NCBI GenBank assembly: GCA_017860455.1
Contig: JAGDMF010000013.1
Location: forward strand, 556-64,555
Length of the DNA stretch: 64,000 bases
Reading direction: 5' to 3'
Origin: Bacteroidota bacterium
Lineage (GTDB): Bacteria; Bacteroidota; Bacteroidia; Bacteroidales; WCHB1-69
Shown in pieces: positions 1 to 8,466 of this stretch (position 1 is the first letter of the stretch; each line of letters starts with the position of its first letter). Below the pieces are notes generated by a model, which was given only the letters and a program-made list of their open reading frames with translations, ran no database searches and was not told the origin of the DNA. Made by a program: the position numbers and the translations under genes.

Positions 1-372
1 CAAAAACAATAATGATGAATATAGTGGATGCCTAATATATTTAAAAATCCCTTTATCCACCAATTCAGTTGTTTTTTCAAATTCATACAGTGTCTTTGTA
101 TCTCTGTTTTGATCCGGTTTTCCCATTTTTTTCATCATCATTACTCCGGCAACTACCAAATAAACAGATATCAAAAGAAAAATCCACGAAAATATCTGTT
201 GGATTGAAAAAGGATTTATAAACCAAACTTTATAGTTTGAAGAGAAGAGCCATGCGATACACTCCCAGCTAATAAATCTATAAAATCCATGCGTTTTAAA
301 GTTCAGTAACGTTCTCCGGGAGACCATTACGATTACAATTGATAAAATAACGAAAGGGATCAATTTGTCCAT
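1..372 (-). CDS. Isoprenylcysteine carboxyl methyltransferase (ICMT/PEMT) family membrane protein, 3' end runs off the window
   Basis: Not in the ORF track. Hand translation from ATG at 372 gives MDKLIPFVILSIVIVMVSRR...TTELVDKGIFKYIRHPLYSSLLFL, with hydrophobic segments and the GxFxYIRHPxY motif. TAnnTTTG box at 487-494 (-). Confidence 0.8.
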   Translation of the reverse strand, partial: MDKLIPFVILSIVIVMVSRRTLLNFKTHGFYRFISWECIAWLFSSNYKVWFINPFSIQQIFSWIFLLISVYLVVAGVMMMKKMGKPDQNRDTKTLYEFEKTTELVDKGIFKYIRHPLYSSLLFL

Positions 373-511
373 TTGAATATTTTTAATGTATTAATAATTC
401 ATTCATCTTTTCTTTTTACGATGGTATTAAAACTTGGTAGGTTTGAGAGTCAATTCAAAATATCAAAAAGTGTTTTTAATTGTTTGCAAATATAAAAAAA
501 GGTTTTGAATT

Positions 512-795
512 AAAGGGCGAAAAGACGGCAGTCGGCAGTCTGCAGTCGGCAGTCTGCGGACTTTAAAGCGGTTTCTACACTTCGCAAGCTCAGTGACCGC
601 TCAGCGACCTTAGTTCAGTGAGACAACGGACTACAGACGAATGAATAATAAAAAATGAAAAATGAAAAATGAAAAATGAAAAATAAAGAAAGATGAATAA
701 TTCTAAAAAACTGAAACCTGATAGCTGAAAACTAAAACCTAAAACCCAAAACCTAATACCTAAAACCCAAGACCTAAAACCCAAAACCCAATAAC
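512..795. repeat. Mosaic of heptamer tandem repeats with an embedded 44-bp dispersed repeat
   Basis: GGCAGTC/TGCAGTC, AAAAATG and AAAACCY tracts. 569-612 is identical to 51133-51176. Confidence 0.9.
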
Positions 796-826
796 AAAAA
801 AGGACCATCTAATGATGATCCCTTTT
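796..826 (-). terminator. Probable intrinsic terminator of groEL
   Basis: Minus strand reads AAAAGGGATCATC-atta-GATGGTCCTTTTTT, a hairpin plus U-tract about 20 bp after the groEL stop. Confidence 0.65.
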
Positions 827-848
827 AAATTTGTTAATTCCGTAAAGA

Positions 849-2477
849 TTAGTACATCCCTGGCATTCCACCTGGCATGGCTGGAGCTGCTGGAGTTTCC
901 TCTTTGATTTCAGCTAAGACACACTCGGTGGTTAACAACATTCCAGCGATAGAAGCGGCATTTTCTAAGGCAATACGAGCTACTTTTGTTGGGTCGATGA
1001 CACCGGCTTTGATCAAATCTTCGTAAACATCTGTTCTGGCATTGTATCCGATTTTACCTTTTCCCTCTTTCACTGCGTTAACAACAACAGATCCCTCTTT
1101 ACCGGCATTAGTAACGATTTGACGAAGTGGTTCCTCTAAAGCTCTGCGAACGATCTCAATACCAATTTTTTGGTCTTCGTTTTCAAAAGAAATACCGTTC
1201 AATGATTCGATAGCAGATAAATAAGCTACACCACCACCTGGGATAATCCCCTCTTCTACCGCTGCACGGGTTGCGTGTAATGCGTCATCAAAACGATCTT
1301 TTTTCTCTTTCATTTCCACTTCAGAAGCAGCACCTACGTAGATAACAGCAACACCACCGGCTAATTTAGCCAAACGTTCTTGTAGTTTTTCACGATCATA
1401 ATCAGAAGTTGTTTTTTCGATTTGTGATTTGATTTGCGCAATACGTCCTTCTAATGATTCTTTCAAACCTTTACCGCTAACGATGGTTGTATTTTCTTTG
1501 TCAACCACGATTTTTTCAGCATTTCCTAACATCTCTAACTGAGTGTCTTCCAATTTGAACCCTTTTTCTTCAGAGATCACATAACCGCCGGTTAAGATGG
1601 CGATATCTTCCAACATCTCTTTTCTTCTGTCCCCAAAACCTGGAGCTTTTACTGCCACGATTTTTAATCCTGCACGTAAACGATTTACTACAAGGGTTGC
1701 AAGAGCTTCACTTTCAACATCTTCACAGATAATCAACAATGGGCGACCTGTTTGTACCACTTTTTCAAGGATTGGTAAAAACTCTTTCATGTTGCTGATC
1801 TTTTTGTCATAGATCAAAATGAAAGGATTTTCATATACAGATTCCATTTTTTCAGCGTCAGTGATGAAGTAAGGAGAGATATATCCTCTGTCGAATTGCA
1901 TACCTTCCACGATTTTCACGTTGGTTTCGGTACCTTTTGCTTCTTCGATGGTGATCACACCCTCTTTTTTCACTTTATCCATAGCTTCAGCGATGATTTT
2001 ACCCACGCTGCTGTCGTTATTGGCAGAGATTGTAGCCACTTGCTCAATTTTTTCGTGGTCACTGCCAATGGTTTGAGATTGTGTTTTTAAGTTTTTGATC
2101 ACTTCAGTGACTGCCAAATCGATCCCACGTTTCAAATCCATTGGATTGGCACCGGCAGTAACGTTTTTCAAGCCTGTGTTGAAGATTGCCTGAGCTAAAA
2201 CGGTTGCTGTTGTAGTACCATCACCTGCCTGATCATTGGTTTTTGAAGCCACTTCTTTCACCATTTGAGCACCCATATTTTCGATTGCATCGCTCAATTC
2301 AATCTCTTTTGCTACAGTAACACCATCTTTGGTAATTTGAGGAGCACCGAATTTTTTATCGATGATCACATTTCTACCTTTTGGTCCTAAGGTAACTTTA
2401 ACTGCATTTGCTAAAGCGTCCACCCCTTTTTTTAAGCCTTCACGTGCTTCCCAGTCATAAACTATGTTCTTTGCCAT
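849..2477 (-). CDS. groEL: Chaperonin GroEL (Cpn60)
   Basis: 542 aa with [21 protein letters not shown] and a Gly/Met-rich tail. Confidence 0.99.
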   Translation of the reverse strand: MAKNIVYDWEAREGLKKGVDALANAVKVTLGPKGRNVIIDKKFGAPQITKDGVTVAKEIELSDAIENMGAQMVKEVASKTNDQAGDGTTTATVLAQAIFNTGLKNVTAGANPMDLKRGIDLAVTEVIKNLKTQSQTIGSDHEKIEQVATISANNDSSVGKIIAEAMDKVKKEGVITIEEAKGTETNVKIVEGMQFDRGYISPYFITDAEKMESVYENPFILIYDKKISNMKEFLPILEKVVQTGRPLLIICEDVESEALATLVVNRLRAGLKIVAVKAPGFGDRRKEMLEDIAILTGGYVISEEKGFKLEDTQLEMLGNAEKIVVDKENTTIVSGKGLKESLEGRIAQIKSQIEKTTSDYDREKLQERLAKLAGGVAVIYVGAASEVEMKEKKDRFDDALHATRAAVEEGIIPGGGVAYLSAIESLNGISFENEDQKIGIEIVRRALEEPLRQIVTNAGKEGSVVVNAVKEGKGKIGYNARTDVYEDLIKAGVIDPTKVARIALENAASIAGMLLTTECVLAEIKEETPAAPAMPGGMPGMY

Positions 2478-2541
2478 AATTGTTTTGTATTTTTAAATGA
2501 TTAATTTTTGAATGAAAAAGTATCTGTAAAGATACAGATTT

Positions 2542-2817
2542 TTAGATGATTGCGACGATATCGCTCTCTTTCATAATGAGGTAATTTTCACCTTCAAGGG
2601 TTAGTTCAGTACCGGCATATTTGCCATAAAGAACTGAATCGCCCACTTTAACAGTCATGGGTTCATCTTTTTTACCTGGACCAACAGCCACAACGGTACC
2701 TTTTTGGGGTTTCTCTTTTGCTGTGTCTGGGATAATGATTCCACCTGCGGTTTTTTGTTCTGCTTCTGCCGGAGCTACTAAAACTCTGTCTGCTAATGGT
2801 TTAATGTTTACGTTCAT
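2542..2817 (-). CDS. groES: Co-chaperonin GroES
   Basis: [10 protein letters not shown]...[15 protein letters not shown], directly upstream of groEL. Confidence 0.99.
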   Translation of the reverse strand: MNVNIKPLADRVLVAPAEAEQKTAGGIIIPDTAKEKPQKGTVVAVGPGKKDEPMTVKVGDSVLYGKYAGTELTLEGENYLIMKESDIVAII

Positions 2818-2946
2818 AGTAATTCAATATTTTAAGTTTAATTATTTTCGCTTTTTTAGTTGCAAAAAGTGTGCTAAACCCAAAAAAGGGTTAAAAAGCG
2901 ACAAAATGACACGAAAGAGGGGAAGAGGTTGCAAAAATGGCAGAGA

Positions 2947-3392
2947 ATAAGGTAAGAAGTAAAAGGTAAGAGGTAAGAGGTAAGAGATAACAGGTAACAG
3001 GTATCAAGTAACAGGTAACAATAGAATGGGGAGTGGTATGAAGAAAAATTTGATTGAATTGTGTTGATTAATTGCTTGTTGAACAATTGCCCTGTACTTT
3101 AGTGCAGGGCAATTTTGGTAAGAGATAACAGATAACAGGTAGCAAGTAACAGGTAACAATAGAATGGGGAGTGGTAAGAAGAAAAACAATTGCCCTGTAC
3201 TTTAGTGCAGGGCAATTTTGGTAAGAGATAACAGGTAACAGGTAGCAAGTAACAGGTAACAATAGAATGGGGAGTGGAAAGAAGAAAAATTTGATTGAAT
3301 TGTGTTGATTAATTGCTTGTTGAACAATTGCCCTGTACTTTAGTGCAGGGCAATTTAGCTAAGAAGTAAGAGGTAACAGGTTACAGGTAACA
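2947..3392. repeat. Composite tandem repeat: GGTAACA/GGTAAGA heptamers plus three identical 30-bp REP-like palindromes
   Basis: AATTGCCCTGTAC-TTTA-GTGCAGGGCAATT at 3085-3114, 3188-3217 and 3326-3355, within near-identical duplicated units. Confidence 0.9.
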
Positions 3393-3393
3393 T

Positions 3394-4587
3394 TTAACAG
3401 ATGGGGGATTTTGGAAGGGTAAAGTAGAAGGAAGATCCTTCATCTAATGTACTTTCGACCCAGATTTTTCCTTTGTTGGTTTCAATAAAATCTTTACAAA
3501 GAATCAGGCCCATTCCTGTTCCTTTTTCATTGTTTGTTCCATTTGTTGAACAGCCATAGTCTAATTGAAAAATTTCATTTAGTCGTTTTTTTGAGATCCC
3601 TACACCATTATCTTGAACACAAAATAGAAAAAATTTATCCTGGTCATAAGCTGAAACTGTTATTTCACCAACACTTTTAGTGAATTTAATGGCATTGGAA
3701 ATCAGATTTCTAAAAACTGTAATGGTCATCGATTTATCGGCAAAAACTTTTAAATCTGAAAGTAGATGATTTTTAATTACAATTGATTTTTCTTTGGCTA
3801 CATTTTCATATAAGAGGAGGGTTTCTTCCAGAGCAGAATCAATTTCAATATATTCAGGATTGTAGAGTAATCTTCCTGTATGTAATTGCGCCCATTCCAT
3901 CAAATTTTGAAGCAAATCCATGGCTCTATTTGATGATTCTAAAATAATGTTCCCATAATATCCAATTTTTTCCATATCTTGATTCTCGATTTCTGTAAGA
4001 AGAAATTCTGAAAAGTTAATAATTGAATTAAATGGGGTTTTTAAATCATGAGCAATGATGGATAAAAATTTGGCTCTTTCATTGTTCAATTTGAGTAGTT
4101 CTTCATTTTTTAATTTGATTTCCAACTCTTCATCTTTACGCTTCGTAATATCCTGAAGCGTGCCAGTCCAGATGATGTCTCCGTTATCCATCGGACGAGG
4201 TATAGAATGAAAATGGATCCACATCAATTTTCCGTCAATGACTACGCGTCCTTCCCAGGAAAATGGAGTAATATCTCTGTTTGCTTCAACGTTTTTTTTG
4301 ATGAAACTTGCTTTATCCTCTTCGAAAATTAAATCAATGATGATTCCCGGAATTTGTTCAAAATCAGATCGTTTAAGATGAAGAATTTCATAGAAACGAT
4401 CATTGGCAAATTCAATTTTACTGGCAGAATCGGTAGAACTTGCCCATTTTTCATCGAGGGTAGATGATTCTTGAAAAACGCGCAAACGATAAATTCCTGC
4501 AGGTAAAGCATTCGCCAAATCACTGTATAGTGCTTCTTCTCTTTCTAATTTTGCAATACAAGTATTCAGTTTCTTCATAATCATCAA
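3394..4587 (-). CDS. PAS-domain sensor histidine kinase (orphan, cytoplasmic)
   Basis: H-box AHDLKTPF, N-box NLISNAIKF, G1 DNGVGI, G2 GTGMGL, and a PAC-like WTGTLQDITKRK segment. Confidence 0.9.
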   Translation of the reverse strand: MMIMKKLNTCIAKLEREEALYSDLANALPAGIYRLRVFQESSTLDEKWASSTDSASKIEFANDRFYEILHLKRSDFEQIPGIIIDLIFEEDKASFIKKNVEANRDITPFSWEGRVVIDGKLMWIHFHSIPRPMDNGDIIWTGTLQDITKRKDEELEIKLKNEELLKLNNERAKFLSIIAHDLKTPFNSIINFSEFLLTEIENQDMEKIGYYGNIILESSNRAMDLLQNLMEWAQLHTGRLLYNPEYIEIDSALEETLLLYENVAKEKSIVIKNHLLSDLKVFADKSMTITVFRNLISNAIKFTKSVGEITVSAYDQDKFFLFCVQDNGVGISKKRLNEIFQLDYGCSTNGTNNEKGTGMGLILCKDFIETNKGKIWVESTLDEGSSFYFTLPKSPIC

Positions 4588-4646
4588 TAAGAATTTGAGC
4601 TAAAAGTATGTCACATTTCATTTTACTGCAAAAATATGAAAAATTG

Positions 4647-5513
4647 TTATCCATTTTTTTTAAGTAATTCAGGAAAATTTTCACCTAAAAACCAATATCT
4701 AACGAGCTGAATATGCGTTTTGATATCACTAACCATCCAGGCATGTCCTTTACAGGGATAATAGGCACATTCACTATTTGGAATTTTATTAGATAAATAT
4801 TGATGTGAATAGTGCATCTCATTAGATTCGGTTTCTCCTGATACATAAAATACTGATGTTTTGTAATTACAGTTTTCAATATCAATTTTCACTCTATTTG
4901 CCTGAGATAGAGCGCGACGAAACGATTTTCTTGAAACCAATTTAAAATCATTTTTAAATGAATCAAACTCTTCATCCGGAACTTTCAAACTTTTGGCCAT
5001 AATATTTATCATCATATTGGTTTTTAGAAAAGGGGAAGTAATTTTTACACCAAAGATAACAAATGGGGCTCCTTTTATAGGAATGGCACTTGCTCCGTCA
5101 ATAATTGCTTTATCAATAAGTTCAGGATATTTTTCCAATAATTTATAAATCAGACTACCTCCCAGTGACAATCCGACCAAATGCACTTTACCATATCCTT
5201 TCGTTTTAATCAGTTCAGCAATTACATCTGCTACTTCATCAATATTGGTCCATTCTATTTGATTACTTTGTCCATGTCCCGGTAAATCAGGTGCAATACA
5301 ATGGAATGTTTCTTTTAGAGAATCAATGTGCTTTAACCACATATTGCTGTTGGCTCCCGATCCATGAAGGAATACGATAGTTTTTACATTCTCAACCCCT
5401 TTTTCATATACAAAAAGATCATTAAGTTTGATTTTTGTTTTTGCATTAACTGCACTAATACTAAGTAATGTCAACATAATAGATAATAATAATTTTACTT
5501 TAAATGGATTCAT
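4647..5513 (-). CDS. Alpha/beta fold hydrolase with signal peptide
   Basis: FLHG, PDLPGHG, nucleophile elbow GLSLGG, C-terminal GH. Confidence 0.9.
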   Translation of the reverse strand: MNPFKVKLLLSIMLTLLSISAVNAKTKIKLNDLFVYEKGVENVKTIVFLHGSGANSNMWLKHIDSLKETFHCIAPDLPGHGQSNQIEWTNIDEVADVIAELIKTKGYGKVHLVGLSLGGSLIYKLLEKYPELIDKAIIDGASAIPIKGAPFVIFGVKITSPFLKTNMMINIMAKSLKVPDEEFDSFKNDFKLVSRKSFRRALSQANRVKIDIENCNYKTSVFYVSGETESNEMHYSHQYLSNKIPNSECAYYPCKGHAWMVSDIKTHIQLVRYWFLGENFPELLKKNG

Positions 5514-5568
5514 TATAAAAATATTTTTTAAAAATCAAATTTTTAGAATCAAATAAAACCGTCATTTA

Positions 5569-6441
5569 TTAGATTATTTTTTTGTAAATCTTCCCCTTCC
5601 AGAAAATGGGGGTATCCGGTTTTGCCGGATCCACAAAATAAAATTCAAATTCACATTTGAGGATACCGTTTTTCCAGTATTTTTTATCAATTTTCATATT
5701 TCCGGATATTCCGTAAAAAACAATTAAAGAGGGTGAACTTATCGTATAAAGTTCAATTTTTGAAGAACAATCATTTTTATCAATTGTAATCACTAAACTG
5801 GAATGTGTTCCAACAGTTGTTTGAGTTTTACATACAATTTGGTGTTTATCATCCTGAAAAACATCCACAAAATCAGTTCCAACCCATTCATAACAATTGG
5901 ATTCACCTGATATAGTATGGTATAAATGATTTGTATCAACTAATGTATAATAATAAGTCAATGATTCAGGAGCAATACTTCCAGTTGAATCTTTTAAAGT
6001 TTCAATAATATCAGATGATATTCCATCCTGTAAAAGTACTCCAAATTCATCTCTATAAATACCTTCCGGATAACTCCATTGATTGACAAAACTAAAATCT
6101 CCGTCTAAATCATTAACCCACTCGATTTTTATTGATTTCGCTTTATTATCTTTAGGTTTATATGTCAAATCTGACTGGTATATAATACCATTTGAGTTAA
6201 TAATCTCTTTAACTAAGAGCTTATTTTGAAAAAATTGTGTATTATCTAAAATTTGTCTTCCTCCACGACCCTGATTTTGGTAAATTGATTTGTTGATTTG
6301 AACATTTCCGGTAATTGAATCTTGTTGAACTTCTTTAAAAATTCTAACGCTCAGTAAAGGTTTAGAAAAAGTACATCCGGAAATAATTATTACAAAAGTA
6401 ATCCAAACAACAAATAGTATAAATTTTATTATTTTATGCAT
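5569..6441 (-). CDS. Hypothetical protein, possible lipoprotein
   Basis: 290 aa with a hydrophobic N-terminus ending IISGC. No family recognised. Confidence 0.65.
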   Translation of the reverse strand: MHKIIKFILFVVWITFVIIISGCTFSKPLLSVRIFKEVQQDSITGNVQINKSIYQNQGRGGRQILDNTQFFQNKLLVKEIINSNGIIYQSDLTYKPKDNKAKSIKIEWVNDLDGDFSFVNQWSYPEGIYRDEFGVLLQDGISSDIIETLKDSTGSIAPESLTYYYTLVDTNHLYHTISGESNCYEWVGTDFVDVFQDDKHQIVCKTQTTVGTHSSLVITIDKNDCSSKIELYTISSPSLIVFYGISGNMKIDKKYWKNGILKCEFEFYFVDPAKPDTPIFWKGKIYKKII

Positions 6442-6447
6442 TATCCT

Positions 6448-6993
6448 TTATTTTTCTAAGACAATAATTAATGTTCTTCTATTAAGATCATGAACTTTCT
6501 CTAGTTCTTTTTTATTTTTTATAGTTTCAATAAATGATTCATCTAAGATTTGTCCAATGGGTAAAAAGGGATATAGCTGATTTATTTCATTAGTAACAAG
6601 TCTCGGGACTCTTTCCCCGCAACCGTTTAAATGAATTCTATTGGAATCTATTGTGGAATTCTCCAGAATCAGATTCTTCAGTTGTAATACTCTTTTAAAT
6701 GTGAGTGTATCGTTTTTAGAACCAATATCCCTACAATCTGTATGCATTTGAATTTCTAACACAACAGAAGGATTGTTTATCAAAAATTGAGCAATAGAAT
6801 CGCAAAGTTTGAGTGTTTCCGAACAAACAGGTCTTTCACAAAGGGAGAAGTTGGGAAATACATAACAACTATCCCCTTTTTGGACATTGGTGTCGGTTAA
6901 TTGGAATGCTTTATGCTGAGCAAAAACTACATCAAATTTTAATATCAAAAAAATGATTATTAATATTTTAAATATAATTAATTTACTTTGCAT
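6448..6993 (-). CDS. Secreted OmpA C-terminal-like (peptidoglycan-binding) domain protein
   Basis: Signal peptide and the HTDCR...N..L...R...RI...GCGE..P...NRRT pattern of OmpA_C domains. Confidence 0.75.
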   Translation of the reverse strand: MQSKLIIFKILIIIFLILKFDVVFAQHKAFQLTDTNVQKGDSCYVFPNFSLCERPVCSETLKLCDSIAQFLINNPSVVLEIQMHTDCRDIGSKNDTLTFKRVLQLKNLILENSTIDSNRIHLNGCGERVPRLVTNEINQLYPFLPIGQILDESFIETIKNKKELEKVHDLNRRTLIIVLEK

Positions 6994-7075
6994 TTAATTA
7001 TCCCGATATTTAATGAAACAAAAATAACAAAATAAAATGAATTTCAAAAATCCCTTAAAAATAAACTTAACTTCA

Positions 7076-7122
7076 AAATTTGCTAATTTTTCTAATTTAC
7101 TAATTTGCTAATTTGCTAATTA
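7076..7122. repeat. Octamer tandem repeat (AATTAGCA)n on the minus strand
   Basis: About five degenerate TGCTAATT copies abutting the stop codon of the 7123 gene. Confidence 0.8.
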
Positions 7123-8217
7123 TCAAATTTCTCTCCACCATTCTTTAAATTGTTGTTGTTCATTCCGCAAGTAAATCAACTCTCCAATCATAGGGGTTAT
7201 AAGTGGAATTTGAACTTTTTCATTTAATTCAGTTATCCGATTCAGCGGTTCATCCCAGGGGTGAATGGATAATGCATATTTAGCTGAGTGTCCGGGAAGA
7301 AATCTTTTTGTTTTTAGATCAATTGCTTCTTGTAGCACCTCATCGGGCAAGGAGTGGATGTTACGCCAGGCCAAGTTGTATTGTCCATTTTCCAAAACAG
7401 CCATATCAATAACACCAAATCGTTCCCCAATCTCTTTAAAATGAGTATCATAACCACCGTCTCCGCCGAAGAAAATTTTAAAGTCCGGAGTTTGTACCAA
7501 AAAGGAGAGCCATAATGTATTGTTTCTTTGTGTAGATCTACCGGAAAAATGTCTGGCAGGAGTAGCATGAATAGATAATTGTTCATCCACCACAAATGTA
7601 TCATTCCAGTTTATTTCTATAATATGAGTTGGTTCAAATCCCCAGTGCCTGAAATGGGAGCCAACACCTAAGCCACAAATCACTTTTTTTGTTTTAGATT
7701 TCAGAGCCTTTACCGTTTTGTAATCCAGATGATCATAATGGTCATGGGTAATCAACAGGTAATCAATCTCGGGCATGTCGGAAACTGAAAATATGTTAGT
7801 TCCTTTAAAAGATTGGTTTATCCTAGGGAATGGGGAAGCATACGTATTGAATACAGGATCAATCAGGAATCGTTTCCCTTGAAGTTGCATAAAATAGGAG
7901 GAATGGCCAAACCAGACTAACACATCTTCATTAAGCGGTAGTTGAAGCAGATCCGATTTACAGGTGGGGATATTTTGAGTTGGCTTTAAATGGGGTTTCT
8001 TTCCAAAAAAGAATTTTAACATCACTTTGTACATCTCTTTTCGATCCACCATCATTTCAGTTTTGTGGATATTAAGAAATACTCCATTTTTAAAATTGGG
8101 AAGTTTTGAAAATTTTTCTTGTTCCTCTTTATCAGGCGCCTTCCCAAAAACAGGAAGTCGCATATATAGATTTATTCCAAAGAGTAATAGAATAATGAGT
8201 GTAAAAAAAATGTACAT
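7123..8217 (-). CDS. MBL-fold metallo-hydrolase (RomA/NAPE-PLD-like)
   Basis: WFGHSS, THDHYDHLD, PARHFSGR, GDGGY. Start moved to 8217 because a TAnnTTTG box lies at 8237-8244. Confidence 0.9.
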   Translation of the reverse strand: MYIFFTLIILLLFGINLYMRLPVFGKAPDKEEQEKFSKLPNFKNGVFLNIHKTEMMVDRKEMYKVMLKFFFGKKPHLKPTQNIPTCKSDLLQLPLNEDVLVWFGHSSYFMQLQGKRFLIDPVFNTYASPFPRINQSFKGTNIFSVSDMPEIDYLLITHDHYDHLDYKTVKALKSKTKKVICGLGVGSHFRHWGFEPTHIIEINWNDTFVVDEQLSIHATPARHFSGRSTQRNNTLWLSFLVQTPDFKIFFGGDGGYDTHFKEIGERFGVIDMAVLENGQYNLAWRNIHSLPDEVLQEAIDLKTKRFLPGHSAKYALSIHPWDEPLNRITELNEKVQIPLITPMIGELIYLRNEQQQFKEWWREI

Positions 8218-8466
8218 TTTGATATATTTAAGGGTGCAAAAATACAATTAATGTGCTTATAGGCCAAAGGTTCAAGGCTAAGGGCGAAAAGAAGTAAAAT
8301 CTGCCTTTCACATACTTTATAAAAACACTGTGGAACATCGTTTAACACCGTGGAACACTGTGAAACTAAAAAAATAAGAATCAAAATAAAAATGCCACGA
8401 ATTAACGAATTAAATTTGTATTTTTGTCACGCACTTTTGAACAACATTAACCAAAATTTATAAATT

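Noticed and set aside
590-808. Short ORFs over repeat tracts (also 2874-3262, 23691-23970, 47074-47785)
   Set aside because: Translations such as FIIHYSL, LECSIAR and LLPVTCY are by-products of 7-/8-mer repeats and occur in several overlapping frames.
2869-2877. CIRCE element upstream of groES
   Set aside because: Only a half-site-like TTAGCACAC is present. The GAGTGCTAA arm 9 bp away is absent.
3085-3355. Possible CRISPR array (three identical 30-bp palindromic repeats)
   Set aside because: The intervening sequences are 73 and 108 bp and near-identical to each other rather than unique spacers. No cas genes in the window.
3394-8217. Integron-like cassette array (co-oriented accessory genes)
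   Set aside because: No attC-like palindromes in the short spacers and no integrase gene.
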